Part shown: positions 26,464 to 39,614 of the stretch, piece after piece
Layout: every line of letters begins with the position of its first letter
How positions within the stretch are numbered: the first letter of the stretch is position 1
NCBI GenBank assembly: GCA_028534125.1
Contig: CM052850.1
Location: forward strand, 7,192,186 to 7,256,000
Length of the DNA stretch: 63,815 bases
Direction: 5' to 3'
Source of the DNA: Lama glama
Lineage: Eukaryota
Made by a program: the position numbers and the translations under genes
The notes under the pieces: model-generated
Database searches by the model: none
Told to the model about the DNA's origin: nothing
Seen by the model: the letters and a program-made list of their open reading frames with translations, nothing else

Positions 26464-26889
26464 TGCTGGCCTCACTTTCTGTACTGAACACATCTTGGGA
26501 TCCCCAGTGACTGAGCATGCACCTTTAAAGAAAGGAGCTGCATTTTGCCCACTTCTCTTCCCCTCTTCCCTCACTGAACCAAAACTGCTCTCAGGGCTGA
26601 CCCTTCCTGGTGAATTCAAGGTCAGCCCTTCCTCCGCCAGCCCTTCCTCCCCCAGCCCTTGCACTGCTCAGGCCATGAGATCTCCTGAGGGCCTCGAGTC
26701 CTGCATTTTTCTTTTTTTAATTTCTAGAGAGTTTTTGTTTAAAAAGTGGTTTCTTTGTGCTTTGCTCAGATAAGGAGTTTGAAGAGGCAGGAAAGGAGGA
26801 GAGGGCTCTCTTGAGCGGCAGGATGAAAAGCGAATTCTTGATGTGTAGGTCGACGAGATGGAAGCAGGATTGGCTGGTGGCCCAGGAAA

Positions 26890-27000
26890 ATTCCAATCAA
26901 GACAATTACCCTCTGCCTCCCAGAAGCTCCCCCTGAGTTTCTGCGCATCGCGTGACTCTCTGTTTCCGGTTGCCTGGCGGGCGGATTGGCAGCTGTTAGG
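26890..27000. promoter_or_regulatory. Candidate intronic promoter/enhancer: CCAAT x2, NRF1-like, CACGCG, ETS, GC-box, E-box
   Basis: CCAAT 26893, TGCGCATCGCG 26942, CGCGTG 26949, TTTCCGGT 26963, GGGCGG 26979, ATTGG 26985, CAGCTG 26990. Locally CpG-rich and not obviously repeat-derived. Function is inferred only. Confidence 0.4.
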
Positions 27001-27504
27001 TGGCTGCCTCCCCGGGCAGCCGCAGCCTGTGCCTCCAACCTGTCCCCCTCTGCTCTGAGGGGGTGAGGGGGCTGGGGAGCTTCGGACAGCTTTGCAGATC
27101 AGTTCTCAAGGCCCTGGGGTTGGCTGGTGCTGGTTGAGTGATGAGAGGGAGTCCGGCCCCCCACAGTCGGGCCGTCAGTCATTTCAGAACTCCGCTTAAA
27201 TTCAAATTAGCCAAAGTGCTTTTCCAGGTGATGGCTTCAACTCTAGGAGCGCGCTAATCGCACAGGCAATTAAAACAGAGATTTGCTTCCCGCGTGGTGA
27301 GGGGGATATTTGCCTGGGTCTTAGAGCCGCTCAGAAAAACTAGAGAACTGATGGAAGCCCACCAGGGCCAGTGGTTAGAGAGAAGCCAGCCCAGGGCAAC
27401 CCACAGCCAGCCCCCCAGCCTCCCCGCCCTCCAGAGCTCTGGTTGCAGATGCCCTCGTCGGGGAGTTGCTGAGGCTCCTCCGGTAGATTCTTCTGCAAAC
27501 CACT

Positions 27505-27648
27505 GAAGAGAAGCCTGGAACAGATTCTCCCTTGCAGCCCTCAGAAGGGAGCCAACACCTTAATCTTAGACTCTGAGCTCGAGAGATAGCATGTGTCTGT
27601 CATTTAAGCCTCCCAGTCTGTGGCACTTGGCCACAGGAAACTCACACA
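27505..27648 (+). mobile_element. MLT1 (MaLR) LTR 3' fragment
   Basis: 'gaagcctggaacagattctcccttgcagccctcagaagggagccaacacc...tttaagcctcccagtctgtggcact...ggaaactcacaca'. Confidence 0.7.
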
Positions 27649-27879
27649 AAGGCTCAAGTCACAACAGAGCTCCAACCGGCGCAGCAGGGACTGGACTCCA
27701 GGATTCCCCGACAAAAGCCTTCCCAGGTTCAACCTGGATGGCCCTTGTCAGCCAGCCAAGACCAGCTGCCCTCAGTCCCAGCTGCCCTCTCGCCTGCACT
27801 GTGGCACTCCCCAGCTGGAACAGTCAACTAGACTCTTCCAAAGGCTTTGAGGGAGCAGATGAGACAGAGAACTGACAGT

Positions 27880-28400
27880 GTTCACTCAGTCACTTCGCAT
27901 GTGCTTCACGAACACCGAGTAGGTGCCAAGCACCGCCCTAGGCAGTGAGGCTGCAGAATAAGTAAGACAGACAAGATCCCAGTTCACGTGAGTTACAGCC
28001 GTACATCCAAAACACGGGGCACCATTTCAATCACCAGGGCTAGGCTGAGAAGTGGGATGGACACTACAGAGGGAGTCAGACAGGCCTCTCGGAGGAGGTG
28101 AACTTTTAAGCGAGACCTAAGTGACCTCAGCCGTGTGAGGGTGTGGGGAAGAGCATTCCAGGCTAAAACAGCACCAGTGCAAAAGCCCCGAGGTGGGAAT
28201 AAGCTCGATGCAATTTAAGAATAGAAAAAAGCAGTGCGGCTGGAGCACAGGGAGTGAGGACAGAATGTTCCAGGGTGCCTCCTGAGAAGCGGGCAGGGCC
28301 AGATCATGCAGAGCCCTGTGGGCCATGGTTAGGAGGTTGTAATAGGAAGCAGCAGAAAGTATTCAGCGGGGAAACTGCTTGATCTAATTTCTGTTTTAGA
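27880..28400 (-). mobile_element. LINE-2 fragment
   Basis: 'aggtgccaagcaccgccctaggcagtgagg...aagacagacaagatccc', 'ggcctctcggaggaggtgaac', 'gaagagcattccagg', 'gggccagatcatgcagagccctgtgggccatgg'. Confidence 0.7.
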
Positions 28401-29584
28401 GACGAGAGCCCACAGCCCCAGCCCCTCCACGGGGCTCCCCGCTGGACGTCTGTCTTTGCCTTGCACCCAGGTTGCTGGTGTGTTGCAGGGACCAGCCCAG
28501 CTCCCACTTGCCAAGGTGCCTTTCAGCTGCCCCTCCCAGGGGTCAGGCTTTAAGATCCAGGGGGAGCAAACCATTTCACGCCACCCCAGTCCTAAGACCC
28601 ACGCCCCCTTCCCAAGCCCTCATTCCCAGGATTGATCTCTTTTGGGATCATTGACATTGGAAGCGTCTAGTCCCTTCAGAGAAAACACTGCCCCCTACCG
28701 ACAGGGCGCAGACCCTGAGGCCAAAAAAGCAGAAAACAAAACCACAGTCTGACATTTCCGAGGGCTGTGATTTTTAGGTGTGAAGAGCAGTAGGTAAGTC
28801 CAAGATTCAACCTGATTCAACCCAAACGAACTTCTTTTTGCTCCAGTTCCATTCAGGCCACTCCCGCAACTCCCGCCCAGTCCAGGCCTCGCCCAGGCTT
28901 TCCCCTGGGTGAGATTTAGGGGCCTACAGTTCCGAGCATTTCTCCCTCGAGCCCCTCTACCCAAGCTCCTCTCTCCAGCCGCCTGCTCGAGAAATCACAC
29001 GCACAGCACGTGGAGAATGCACGGTTTCCAGCATGCTAAACCCACACTGAGTAAGGAGACATTTCTCAGAAAAATAAGCTGCAGAGGCATAAATCTGCTA
29101 AGAGATTCACCCAATTTACATCACTAAACAGAACACTTCTCACTCTGCAGCAGCTGCACCAGATTGATTCACAGCATTCCCCGCTTCCCAAAGAACCATC
29201 GGTGGAGACTTGCCTGGCGTTTGCAAATTAAACCAGTCCACTCGAGGGTTTCCCAGAACAAATGGCTGGTCCACTCCAAAGTTAAATTCAAGTCTCAAAG
29301 TCAAGACCTATTTAGAACTTTTAAAGTAGAAGTTTGTCAAGATGGCACCTTCTTCCCCTACAAGTGGTTTATGGTGCTTCTGCCTAAGTAAGCCTGAGAT
29401 GACCAGTCCTGGGAGAGAGAGCACCCCCCCCAAACACACACACACACAACTGCGGGAGAGATCCCAATGCCAGGGGTCTTTTCAGTGCTGTGGAATCCTT
29501 GGAACCCCAGAGAGCAAGCACTGGGGGTGCCATATTGTTGGAACTCAGGAAGAGCTTTGGAGGCATCAGGAAGCCAGCCCAGGG

Positions 29585-29790
29585 CTTAGGCACCTAATTT
29601 TGTACCAGGCACCATGCCATGCACTTTGACATGCATTGCCTGATCTGTACAACTCCCTGAAATGGCAGTATCATTAGCCCATTTTACAGATGTGGCCATC
29701 AAGGCCCAGTGAGATGAAGATTTGCCTAGGGTTCTGTTACAATAAGAGTCAGTGGTGGGGAATCAAACAGACTGGATCCGAAGATGACTG
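29585..29790 (-). mobile_element. MIR SINE
   Basis: 'tgtaccaggcaccatgccatgcactttgacatgcatt...cattagccccattttacagatg'. Confidence 0.6.
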
Positions 29791-30284
29791 ATTTCTACTA
29801 CATCATGTCCCCTCTCTTTACACAAACCTTTCAGCAGTGTCTATGCAAGTAAATCTGGGGGAGGCATCTTACACTCCAAAGTCTTGCAGTCAATCCTCTT
29901 CTTTTGCTTGGTGATCAAAACTGTCACTACTCTGATTCATCTTAATCACTTGGATGCCATCTCCGATTTTCTCCATCCAGGGCTTCCCTGGCTTAGTCTC
30001 AAGCTTTTGATACTACCTGGTTGACTCTTCGATTTCTAGAACACCACTAGAACTCCTAAATGGAAACAGGGAAAGTGTAAAGCGTGGGATATCTAACTCC
30101 CAGGTAAAACTCTCCAACCTGCCCACAGAATCCGTCTTGGCCAACCTGGCAGACCAAAAGCTGACGGGCAGTACTGGGGTTCACTTAAACGTGAGGCAGA
30201 GGGTCAGGAGATGTGGGGTCTCTTCCCGAAGCCTGTTAAAGTTCAAGATGCAGGACAAATGCACATCCTGTGTTATGTTGGTGA

Positions 30285-30491
<207 letters not shown>

Positions 30492-30619
30492 TAAGCCCTG
30501 GCTCCTGGGGGTATGGGGGTTTCTGAGTCCATCCCCTCACAACTCTCTCCCCAACCCTCCCACCCCACATCCAGCCATCGCAGGAGTCCCACTGATTTAA
30601 TCCCTTGGGTGCTTGCCAC

Positions 30620-31300
30620 ATATGTGTACTGTCCTCCACTGCACTGCCATCACCTGGTCCAAACTACCATCACATCTCATCTTCAGCACTGCCGTAACCT
30701 CCCCTTGTTCTCTCCTGACCCCTCTAATCTCCTCTTCAGACCGTCAGTGATCCTTTCAAAGTACATTTCTGATTACTCCATCCCATTGTGCATCCATCTC
30801 AGGGACTTCGGTTGCTCTTGGGATAAACTCCAAACCCTTAGCTTGGCCCACGTGCCCTGCCTTGGTTTCCCTACCATCTTCTCCAGGTCTACTTTTTTTA
30901 GTTCCTCAAACGCTTTCTCCCACCTGCCACAGGGCTTGGCCCGTGCGGTTCCCTCTGCCAGCAAGGCTCTCCCACCACCCTCTTCACCTCGCTGTGTCTG
31001 CTTCCCTTCTAGCTCTCCGCCCACGTGTCACTTCTCTGGGACCCTTCCTGGTTCCCAGGCGAGGTCAGGTCATCCTGCCTGGCAGCCTCATCCTGTTGCT
31101 TACCGCTCACCTCACAGCATCCTCAGGCTACCACTGTGCACTTTAGAGCGTGATTATTGGATCGTTGGTCTCCATCTTAGACCTAGAGTGCTGTGAAAGG
31201 GGGACCGTATTTGTTTTTGCTCATTGTGACACCCCAGCATCCAGCACAGTGTCTAGCTCTTACTAGGTCCTGGATAAGTGATGAACGAGTGAATGAGTGA
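30620..31300 (+). mobile_element. LINE-2 fragment incl. 3' end
   Basis: 'cacctggtccaaactaccatcacatctc', 'acagggcttggcccgtgcggttccctctgcc', ending 'ccagcacagtgtctagc...gaacgagtgaatgagtga'. Confidence 0.7.
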
Positions 31301-32349
31301 GGAACTGCAAATGTTCACTATGACGGGGGCATAGGCTTCAAGAGGCCACTGATAAGGTGAGTCCTGGTCATGCCCTAGAAAGAATGTAAGTGGGGCATTA
31401 TCGAGAGGTCTTGAATCAGGTGATGTAATGACTAGACTGGTCCAGCGACAGCGTGGAGAGTGGACAGGAGGAGGGCAAGGCCAGAAGCAGACAGTGGTCC
31501 AGAGAGTGTGCCGGAGTCAGAGGGAGAGATAGCGGCAGTATGAACTAAGACGACACCCCGGGTCACTGGGATGCTTAGCTAGGGAACCTTCCCTGTCCCG
31601 GTGGGGGTGTGGGGCCCAACCAGGACTCCTCCTGGGGCCCCAGACACACCCATCCGGGAAGGACTACCTGCTGGGCTTCACTGAGAGCTAGGTGCCTGGA
31701 GACGTGATTTTCAGATGGAGACTTGCAAAGCAGCCATGGACCAGAGGCCCCAGTGTGCTCGCATTCAGAAACTTTGTTTACCCTGTGTCTTGGCTTCTTG
31801 CAAAAGCATTTGTCATCTTAGTAGATGAGAGATACACCACAAAGAGTGCGTACAGTAAACAAGGGCAGTATAATCAAAGCTGTTTCTCTCCTGAACCGAA
31901 ATCCCAGACTGCCTTGCCAAATTAGGCCAGTTAAAGCAAATATAATAAATGCTTCTTCCAGACAGACGCACTCCTGAAAACACAGCAAGGAGATGGAAAG
32001 ATATGCTGACCAAGCAGGTTAATGGGGGTGAATTAAACACCGCAGGAACAGACCAGCTGGCATAGGGTCTTTACGGAGAGCTAGAGACATTCACAAAAAT
32101 TAAGCTAAACAAAAAAAACCTGAAATGATACGAGAGGGAACCGGTTCTAGGCGCAGCCCATCCCTGCCTAGCGCCTCAGGCTGATTTGGCAATTAGCAGT
32201 TTTACAAAGACGATGGCATACTGTTCAGATGGAGGAAATACCACAAAATCCTGAGAGATACAGGGAAGAACCCAGTCACATCTGAGTTATTAGTTCCCAT
32301 CACCAGGGGGAAAAATAAAGAAGATTCTAGATTCATCGATCATCACTGT

Positions 32350-32535
32350 TATTCCAGGCACCTTCATGTTAATATATTTTTAGCTTATTTAATCTTCACA
32401 GCAACAACTCGCAAGGGACGTTAGCACCCCCATTTTATGGATAAGGAAACTGAGGCTCAGGGAGTTTGGAAATTTGCCCAAGTTCACAAAGGTAGCAGGG
32501 GGGCCATGACTCAAACGCAGTTCTGAATCCTCTTC
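32350..32535 (-). mobile_element. MIR SINE
   Basis: 'tttaatcttcacagcaac...ccccattttatggataaggaaactgaggctcagggag...tttgcccaagttcaca'. Confidence 0.7.
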
Positions 32536-33034
32536 AAAAGCCCACTCTGCCCCATTTCATGGCTGTTCCTACTAAAGAAATAACATGGAAGGAGAGGTCA
32601 CACTTAAACACTGCAGACTTCCAAGGATGGAAAGAGCATTACTGAAGAGCAAGCTCAGATAGGTTGATTTTTTTTATTTGAGTTGGGCTTATGAAATAAA
32701 ACTATAAATATATATTACACATAATTATCCCAGGGAGCTCACTGCTGGGAAGATTTATAAAGGCAAATAGCCTTATGTGATTTAAAAAGGGATTATAGGC
32801 GTGTAAGGAGATCGGGTATATTGGTACTCGCCGAGATGCAGATTACAAGGATGCTGGCGCTCTCGCTGTGGCATCTGGGGAAAGAGAAGGAAGGACCCAG
32901 AAGGAGGCAAAGCAAAGAGAGGGAGAAGTTTGATCTTGGCTCTGAACAGTTGTGTTTCCTCCTTCGCTCCCCAACATGGGTACTAAAAAGGAGAGTTTTT
33001 CAGCCTCCAAGACCTGTTTTTGTTTTTTGGCTTT

Positions 33035-33096
33035 TGTGTGTGTGTGTGTGTTGGTTTTGGTTTTGGTTTTGGTTTTGGTTTTGGTTTTGGTTTTGG
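33035..33096. repeat. Compound microsatellite (TG)8 + (TTTTGG)7
   Basis: Read directly from the sequence. Confidence 0.95.
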
Positions 33097-33329
33097 GTTC
33101 CAAACAAATTGTTTGCTTGCATATGTAAAACAAGACCCTGGTCACAGTGGGAGGGCGCTCCAGCCTCACCTGAAGCGATTCCTCCCTGGCCAGAAAAAGC
33201 GTGGAAGACTCGAAACTTCACCTCTGCCCGTCGCCACCATCCCCATCCCCTGGTCAGAAGTAACTGGGACCTGTAGGAGGTCCTCTTCTCTCTTGCCCCA
33301 GTATTATCTGAATGCTTGGTTCTGTGGAA

Positions 33330-34035
33330 CATGTTAAGAGCTGGGACTCTGAACTCTGTATCTAGGCTCAGCTACTTCCAGTGTGGTTTTGGGTCATTGA
33401 CTCAACCTTTCTAAGCCTCTGTATCATCATCTTTAAAAAGGGAACAGTCCCACTTACCTCGTAGTGCTGTGATGGGGCTTTAACGAGATCTCGTACTTGA
33501 GGAGTTTAAGGCAGTGCTTCTAACACAGCAAACTACTCAATGCTTGGAGATGATGCTGACGAATAAGGAGGGGAGGAGGAGGTCTGAGAGCTAGCAGATG
33601 GGTTAGGACGACCTCCTCAAATAGGCGTGGCACAGAGCGGAGACCCTCCTTCTCAAAGTGGGGTGTGGGGACCACGGGTAAGGGCATCACCTCAGCTGTC
33701 AGAGCCCTTCCCCTCTCCCCCACCCCCAGATCTACAGAATTAGAGCCCGCATTTTAGAAGCCTCTCCGGAGATTTGTGTGTATGTTAATGGGCGAGAAGC
33801 CCTCACTCAGAGCATGGCCTCTGAAGTCACCCACTCAGGCTGGAGACCAACTTATCCATGTGCATCCTCGGGCAAATGTCTTCAATTTCTATGCTTCCGT
33901 TTTGTGGTCTGAAGGACATCATGTCTACCTCCTAGGCTGTTGTGAGGATTAAATGAGATCATATATCTCTCTCTCTATAAGCACTGAGGGTAGGGACTAG
34001 TGCAGAGCAAACATTCAGTAGCCATTTGACCTTCT
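33330..34035 (+). mobile_element. Cluster: MIR (~33330-33550), MER5A-like hAT MITE (~33645-33805), MIR (~33810-34035)
   Basis: MIR cores 'ctaagcctctgtatcatcatctttaaaaaggg' and 'ggctgttgtgaggattaaatgagatc'. MER5A-like 'ttctcaaagtg...gcatcacct...ccccacccccagatctacagaattagagcccgcatttta'. Confidence 0.55.
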
Positions 34036-37000
34036 ATTGTTTTTAATTCCCTCAAAGCTCAGCCTGGATCCCAGGCATCCTGGCCTCCCCCTGGTACAAA
34101 TTCAAACCCCCTTTATTCTCACAGCCAACTCCAAGTCCTAAAAGCCTATGGCATCTGTACTTGACACCCCCTGCAGAAGCCCTTGTCTCCGCAGCCACCA
34201 CTTACCCCTACACTGCAGAAGGCAAGCCCTTCCTGACTCCACGTCTCTGAGTTACACAGAGGGCACCCCCCACCCCCAGGCTCCCCCTTCACATAGCTCA
34301 CCCTTTGTAACACGGAGACCAGGCTGGAACACAGAATACCAAACATTTCTTTTCCATTATTCTCCCTAGGCAAAGCCCAGCAAATTCCCTCCGGAGTATG
34401 AATCTGTTTCTGAACAACAGACTCAGTGTCTACAATGATATTTTTTTTTTCCTCTGCTCTGGTGGTTTCTGTGTCCTTAATGATAAGTCCTTTTTTGGGT
34501 TCAGCCTCTCAGCCTGCATGAAGTCTGCTTGGCCAGTGTACCACACCTGGATTCCCAAAGGGGCCCCGCCCGGAGTGTTACATACTTTCCAGGCTCACCA
34601 AGGTCCCCCTAGGTTAGAACTGGCAGCATGTAGCAGGGACTGGCACCACCACTGTTTTCTGAGTAGCAATGAAAAGCCACAAACCATGCAGAAAATTCTT
34701 AGTGGAGGGAGAGAGAGAGGAAGGGAAGGGAGGCAGTAAGAAAAGGAAGAAGATTTTCATTCTTTGACTGGAATTTGGTTAAGAAAAAAAAAAAAGCAAC
34801 CCTCCATGGGACCGGTGCTCTGGCCTCTGTGTCTGAGGTGACTGTACCCACCTGTCACCAGAAAGGCCTCTGTGGCTGCAGTGTTTTACGAACAGGGAAA
34901 GGGGCTCGTCTTCAGCCATCTGCAGTCTCTTGCCTGGCCCGTCTCAGGAATAGGAGCCCACACTTGAGGACCCCTGTGGTCAGGAGGCCAAAAGGAGCTG
35001 GCCCGCCTGGCCACGCGAGCACCGGGCTCTAAGCCAGCTCCGGCGCCGGGTCCTTAATCCCGTGGCCCCCTCCGTGGGGCGCCCACCTGCGCACCTGCTG
35101 CTGCTGCCGCTTCCCAGCTGGCCACCTCTCTCCGCATCTCTGCTACCTGGCTCTCCAGGCAGCAAGCCACTAACGGGAAAAGTCATCAACAGGGCTGAGG
35201 AAGCCCAGGGACTTGAAGGTTCCTACAGACCTCATGGTGCAGCATTGGATGGGAAGAAAACAAAGACCTGCAGCCAGCCAGACACGACACACACACACAT
35301 GCGTGCACGCGCACACACGCACATGCTCACCCAAGGCTGATGTGTGCAAACATGCCCCGCTCAGGCCCCGCGAGTTGCTGCCTTTCAGGCCTCTGGTTGC
35401 TGGGAAACCGAGGTCTCTACCAAATCCCACACTGTCTCCTCGGGGCTCAGAGGGAGGTCTAGTGGTCAGAGGTGGGCTCCTCGAGGAGCTTGCCCACAAG
35501 AGGCTTTTCCATGAAGAAATCCAAGACCCCCCAGAGGTGTCCAGCTGGCAAAGCAGCGCTGGACGAGGCCCCCAGTGTTCGCTTCACCCTGTCTGCACTC
35601 CCTGACGTGCCAGGGCACAAGCCCCAGACCCAGTGCCAGACCTTCCACGCCCTGCAGGCTCTTCTGAGGAGGAGGAGCCCAGCCCTGGGTCTGGGCCCGG
35701 GCCAGACTGCGCTGCGCCTGCTTTGGGCGAAGTCACAGTGACCCCAAGTGGTCGCTTTGGTGAGGCACCCTCTGAACACAGCGCCACCTTCCAGGGGCTG
35801 CAGAGAACCCGAGCAGAAAAGACAAGACAGAGGCTTCCACCCGCCACCTCCACACAGAGCTGGCACGTAAGGGCATCTGTCCTCTTATTTGCATTAAAAG
35901 GCTGGTGTAAGGGAAACAGCTGGGAATTTTTCCATCCCTGCCATGGCTTCTTCAGCAGGGAATGTTTGTTCAAAGACCCACAGATGGGACGTTCCTGTAG
36001 GACAAGGGGTGATAACACGTATTCCTCATAAGCCCACTGGCAGCAAGAAAGCTGCATTTGACCACATTCCTTGGTATTATGGTTTTCTTTTTAAATATAA
36101 GTTTGTAGGGCCAGTCCCTTCCTTAAAGTCAACATGGAATCAGCTGCTTCTCTTGATGCTTGAATATCACCTGCACTCAAACAGCAGGGAGATGTCTTCC
36201 ACAGCCCGACTCACTCAGGGAACCCTGGAGAAGCATCTACCGTTACCCAGGAAGACGAGGATGGGGAGCCTGGGAGCTCAGGCCTCATTATATTAAAAAG
36301 TAGATTGTTGCCTATCTGGCTTGGTTTCAGGGGTTCCGAAGATCCTCTCTCTTCAAATATGTCCACATCTATGAGACCTCTGGTACCCAAGTTCCCTGCT
36401 GGAAATTCACCTGTGACGGGCCTTGCATTACGTTCCTGGTTTTCATGAATTGTCTTACCAGAGCTTTGTATATGTGATTCCCTCAGCCTGCAATGACCCT
36501 TCCCCAGCCGAATGTTCCCTGATCCTTCAAAACCCAGCTCAGATACTCTCATATAGAAGTCCTCCCAACACCCTGATACCACCATTGCTCCCACCACGCT
36601 GCTTCTATGCAGCATGTATTTTTTCCACTATACTATATACTGAATTAAAATGTAAAAATCAAGTCTCTAGCCCCCAAAACCTAAGAGTCTAGCGAGGAAC
36701 CTGACAAATAAATTAACAATGACAGCATAATAACATCATGCTCTAAAGTCTACGAGATTAACTACGAACTCCTTGGGGACAGGGTCCCTGGCTTTCCCCT
36801 CCCTTTGAAGGCAGAAGTCCTTCAAATGCACTAGAGCCAACCAAGTCCCTAATTCCAGTTTGGTAGACTGGAGCTTCACAGAAATTCTGGAGATGAGCCC
36901 AGAAATTTCGAGATGGAAATGGTTCACATTTCTGCATGTCCACCTGAACCCAACCGAGCCTGCAGACTCCAGGTGTCGTATTCGTGTTTTTGCTGGCGGG

Positions 37001-39614
37001 ACGCAGCAGTCTCAGTCTCTCGGGCCTCCTCCTCCCACTGCCTGCCTGCTGCAGCAGGAAGCAGGGAGAATAGGTCGTCTGAATGGGGGAAGTGAGTCTT
37101 TCGGCCTTTATGGCGCACCCACGGGCCTTGCCAGGCAGGTGAGGATTTGCTAGCTCCTCCTGCTCGCCAGCTCTAATTATTCCCTCCCTGTTCACCGTGC
37201 CCCATCCCGCCCACCGGAGAATTCCGTGTCTCTGTGCCTCAACCTTTCCTAATCTTGGCTAGCTTGCAAGGTTCAAGTCCCTTCTCTAGAAAGCCTCCTC
37301 TGGCTACTCCAGGCATGCTGATCGCATCCCCACTCTGAAATGGTTTTCTTAGTTAGCAGACCATGGTGTAGTGCCAAACCGCTCTCAGATTCCAATTTGC
37401 TTACTCCAGTCCCCTCTACCAGCCTGTAAGACTCTTAGGGACAGGGACCATGCTGTGACGTGTCAGGAAGAAGAATGGGCTTGGATTCCAAACCCAGTTT
37501 TCTTGACTATTAGCTTTGTGACTTTGGTCAAGAAATAGACTTGTCTGATCCTCTGTTTGCTCATGAGTAATGCCCTCCTGGCAGAGCTGCAGAGGTACAT
37601 GAGATAAAACATTTGAGTTTCTAAGAAACTACAGTTAAGAATACCACTTTGGGCCATCAGACACTCAAAAATTTTCCTTTGATTTTCATCCCTCCTATTC
37701 CCCCACCTCTTCTTCAGTATTCTTCTAGACTACCTATTGCCTGCAGCTCAGTGGTATATTACAGGTGCTCAGTAAGTAGTTCATTTTCTTCTTCAGTACA
37801 GATTTCTTTGTATTGCATGAAGGGCAAGGGTGATTCCATCCAGTTCACCCTGTTACCCCTGGTACACAGCCTCGTGCCTGGCACAGAGGAGGCCCCCGAT
37901 CACGTTCATGGAGTGAATCAACTGTGTGCTTTGGGAGTTCAAAGAAGAATGGGTATGCAGTGAAAGAGTCGGGAAGAGCGTCACCTCCAAGCTGAACAAA
38001 GGAAGTCCTATGAAGGATGCAGAGTGCTGGTTTCCTATGGGACAGATTTTCTGAGCTATTGTGCAGGAAGGGAACAGAGCCATTCATATACTACCACTGG
38101 CCGGAGTTGGATGGAAAGATAAAGGGAGCATTGGTAGAGAGCAATGGGGTCTTTAAAAGTGAGGAACCCCTCAGAGCCCTCTGAGTGTTGATACATAAGT
38201 GGACTGCGTCTGCCTCGGATATCGTTTCCTTTTCCAGCAGAAGTGTATTTTACCTGCTGGCAAAGAGCAACAATTCACTCGTAACACAGGAAGAAAGCTG
38301 CTGGAAATCAAAGCAAAGCGGCAGGCAGGAGCCTCTAAGCAAGTCCCACTTCCCCATCCCCTAGACAGAAAGCCTGGGAGGAGAGTACTTTAAATTCTGC
38401 TCTGCCATTTTCTGGGAGAAGATGATTCCGTTGTAAATTATTGAACATTTCATTTAAGCTTCATAAATAAGAAACTCGGATGAAAGCGTTACATGTTAGA
38501 TCTGTTTGGCAACATATAATTTCTGTCTTCCTCCCTCGATCTGTCACCCTTCATCGACGTCGGAGAATTTCTACTTCATTATAGGCAATTGAAGGTCTCA
38601 ATCAGTTGTCTGAGAAAAATAGTTTATGTCCCAAAGGTAATCTAATTTCTCCAACCAAGGATGTACCTGGGACTCGCTGTACATACTGACGGAGATAAAT
38701 GTGTGCTTCCAATGGAACTGGGGACGTTGCAATCATCCGCTCGATCTAGTGACAGGTACTCCGCCCAGCCAGGGGCCAGCTCCTCACTGACACCTGCACT
38801 CCTGGAGTCACTGGTTTCACCAGAGCCAACAGGCACAGCCGCAGCAAACCGATCCCAGGTGTGCTGAGAACCAACCTGCCTGGGGCTCACAAAAAAAGGA
38901 CCCAAAATCCTGGAATAGTTCTCTGAGCAAGGTAACAGCACTGGCTGCTATTACAATGGTCATAATAACACTGGATACTATCACGATGGGCCAGGCGCTG
39001 TACTTCCTACACACTGGTTCATTTAATCCTCACAATGACCCTCTGAGACAGATAATGGTTATTTTTCTCATTCTATGGACACTGAAGTTCAAAGATGTTA
39101 ACACTAATGTAAGCATGGCAGATCTCAAAGCCAAAATTTGCCTCCACCCGTGTTGACATGGTTAGAGAAAGAAAGAACTGAGGTTTAGGGAAGGAATGGA
39201 GCTGGTCTGAGAAGGGAAAAAGACGGCTGATTCTAACACATTCCTTCAGGAGAGCCTGCTCAGGAAGGCCCGGGAGGTTCTGCCGGCCTCGGTCCCGGGG
39301 GCTTCATCGCACCAGCTGCCCTAAAGCCATACGAGGAGAGGGTGCAGAACCCTCTGGCCACCACGCAGCGTTCCCCTTTGTTAAACCAAGCCGTTCATTA
39401 AAGAAAGGTTGCTCGGTGCATCTTCTATCAACATCATTTCCATTCCCCCAGGGATCCTGGGGAAGTCACAGCTGCTCTGGGCAGGGGATAAAATGAAGAG
39501 AGAGTTCGGCATTCAGTCCTAAAAGCCCTGAACCCTGAGGCCAGAAGCCCGAGTGTCATCTTCAGCAGGTCACAGACTTACACGTTGCCTCCGTTTCTTT
39601 TTATAAAAAGATAA

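Noticed and set aside
30513-31196. 227-aa ORF
   Set aside because: Lies in a decayed, pyrimidine-rich L2 fragment and shows no recognisable domain.
32821-33337. ORFs with WFWF, TKTK, NQNQ and GFGF repeats
   Set aside because: Translations of the (TTTTGG)n microsatellite.
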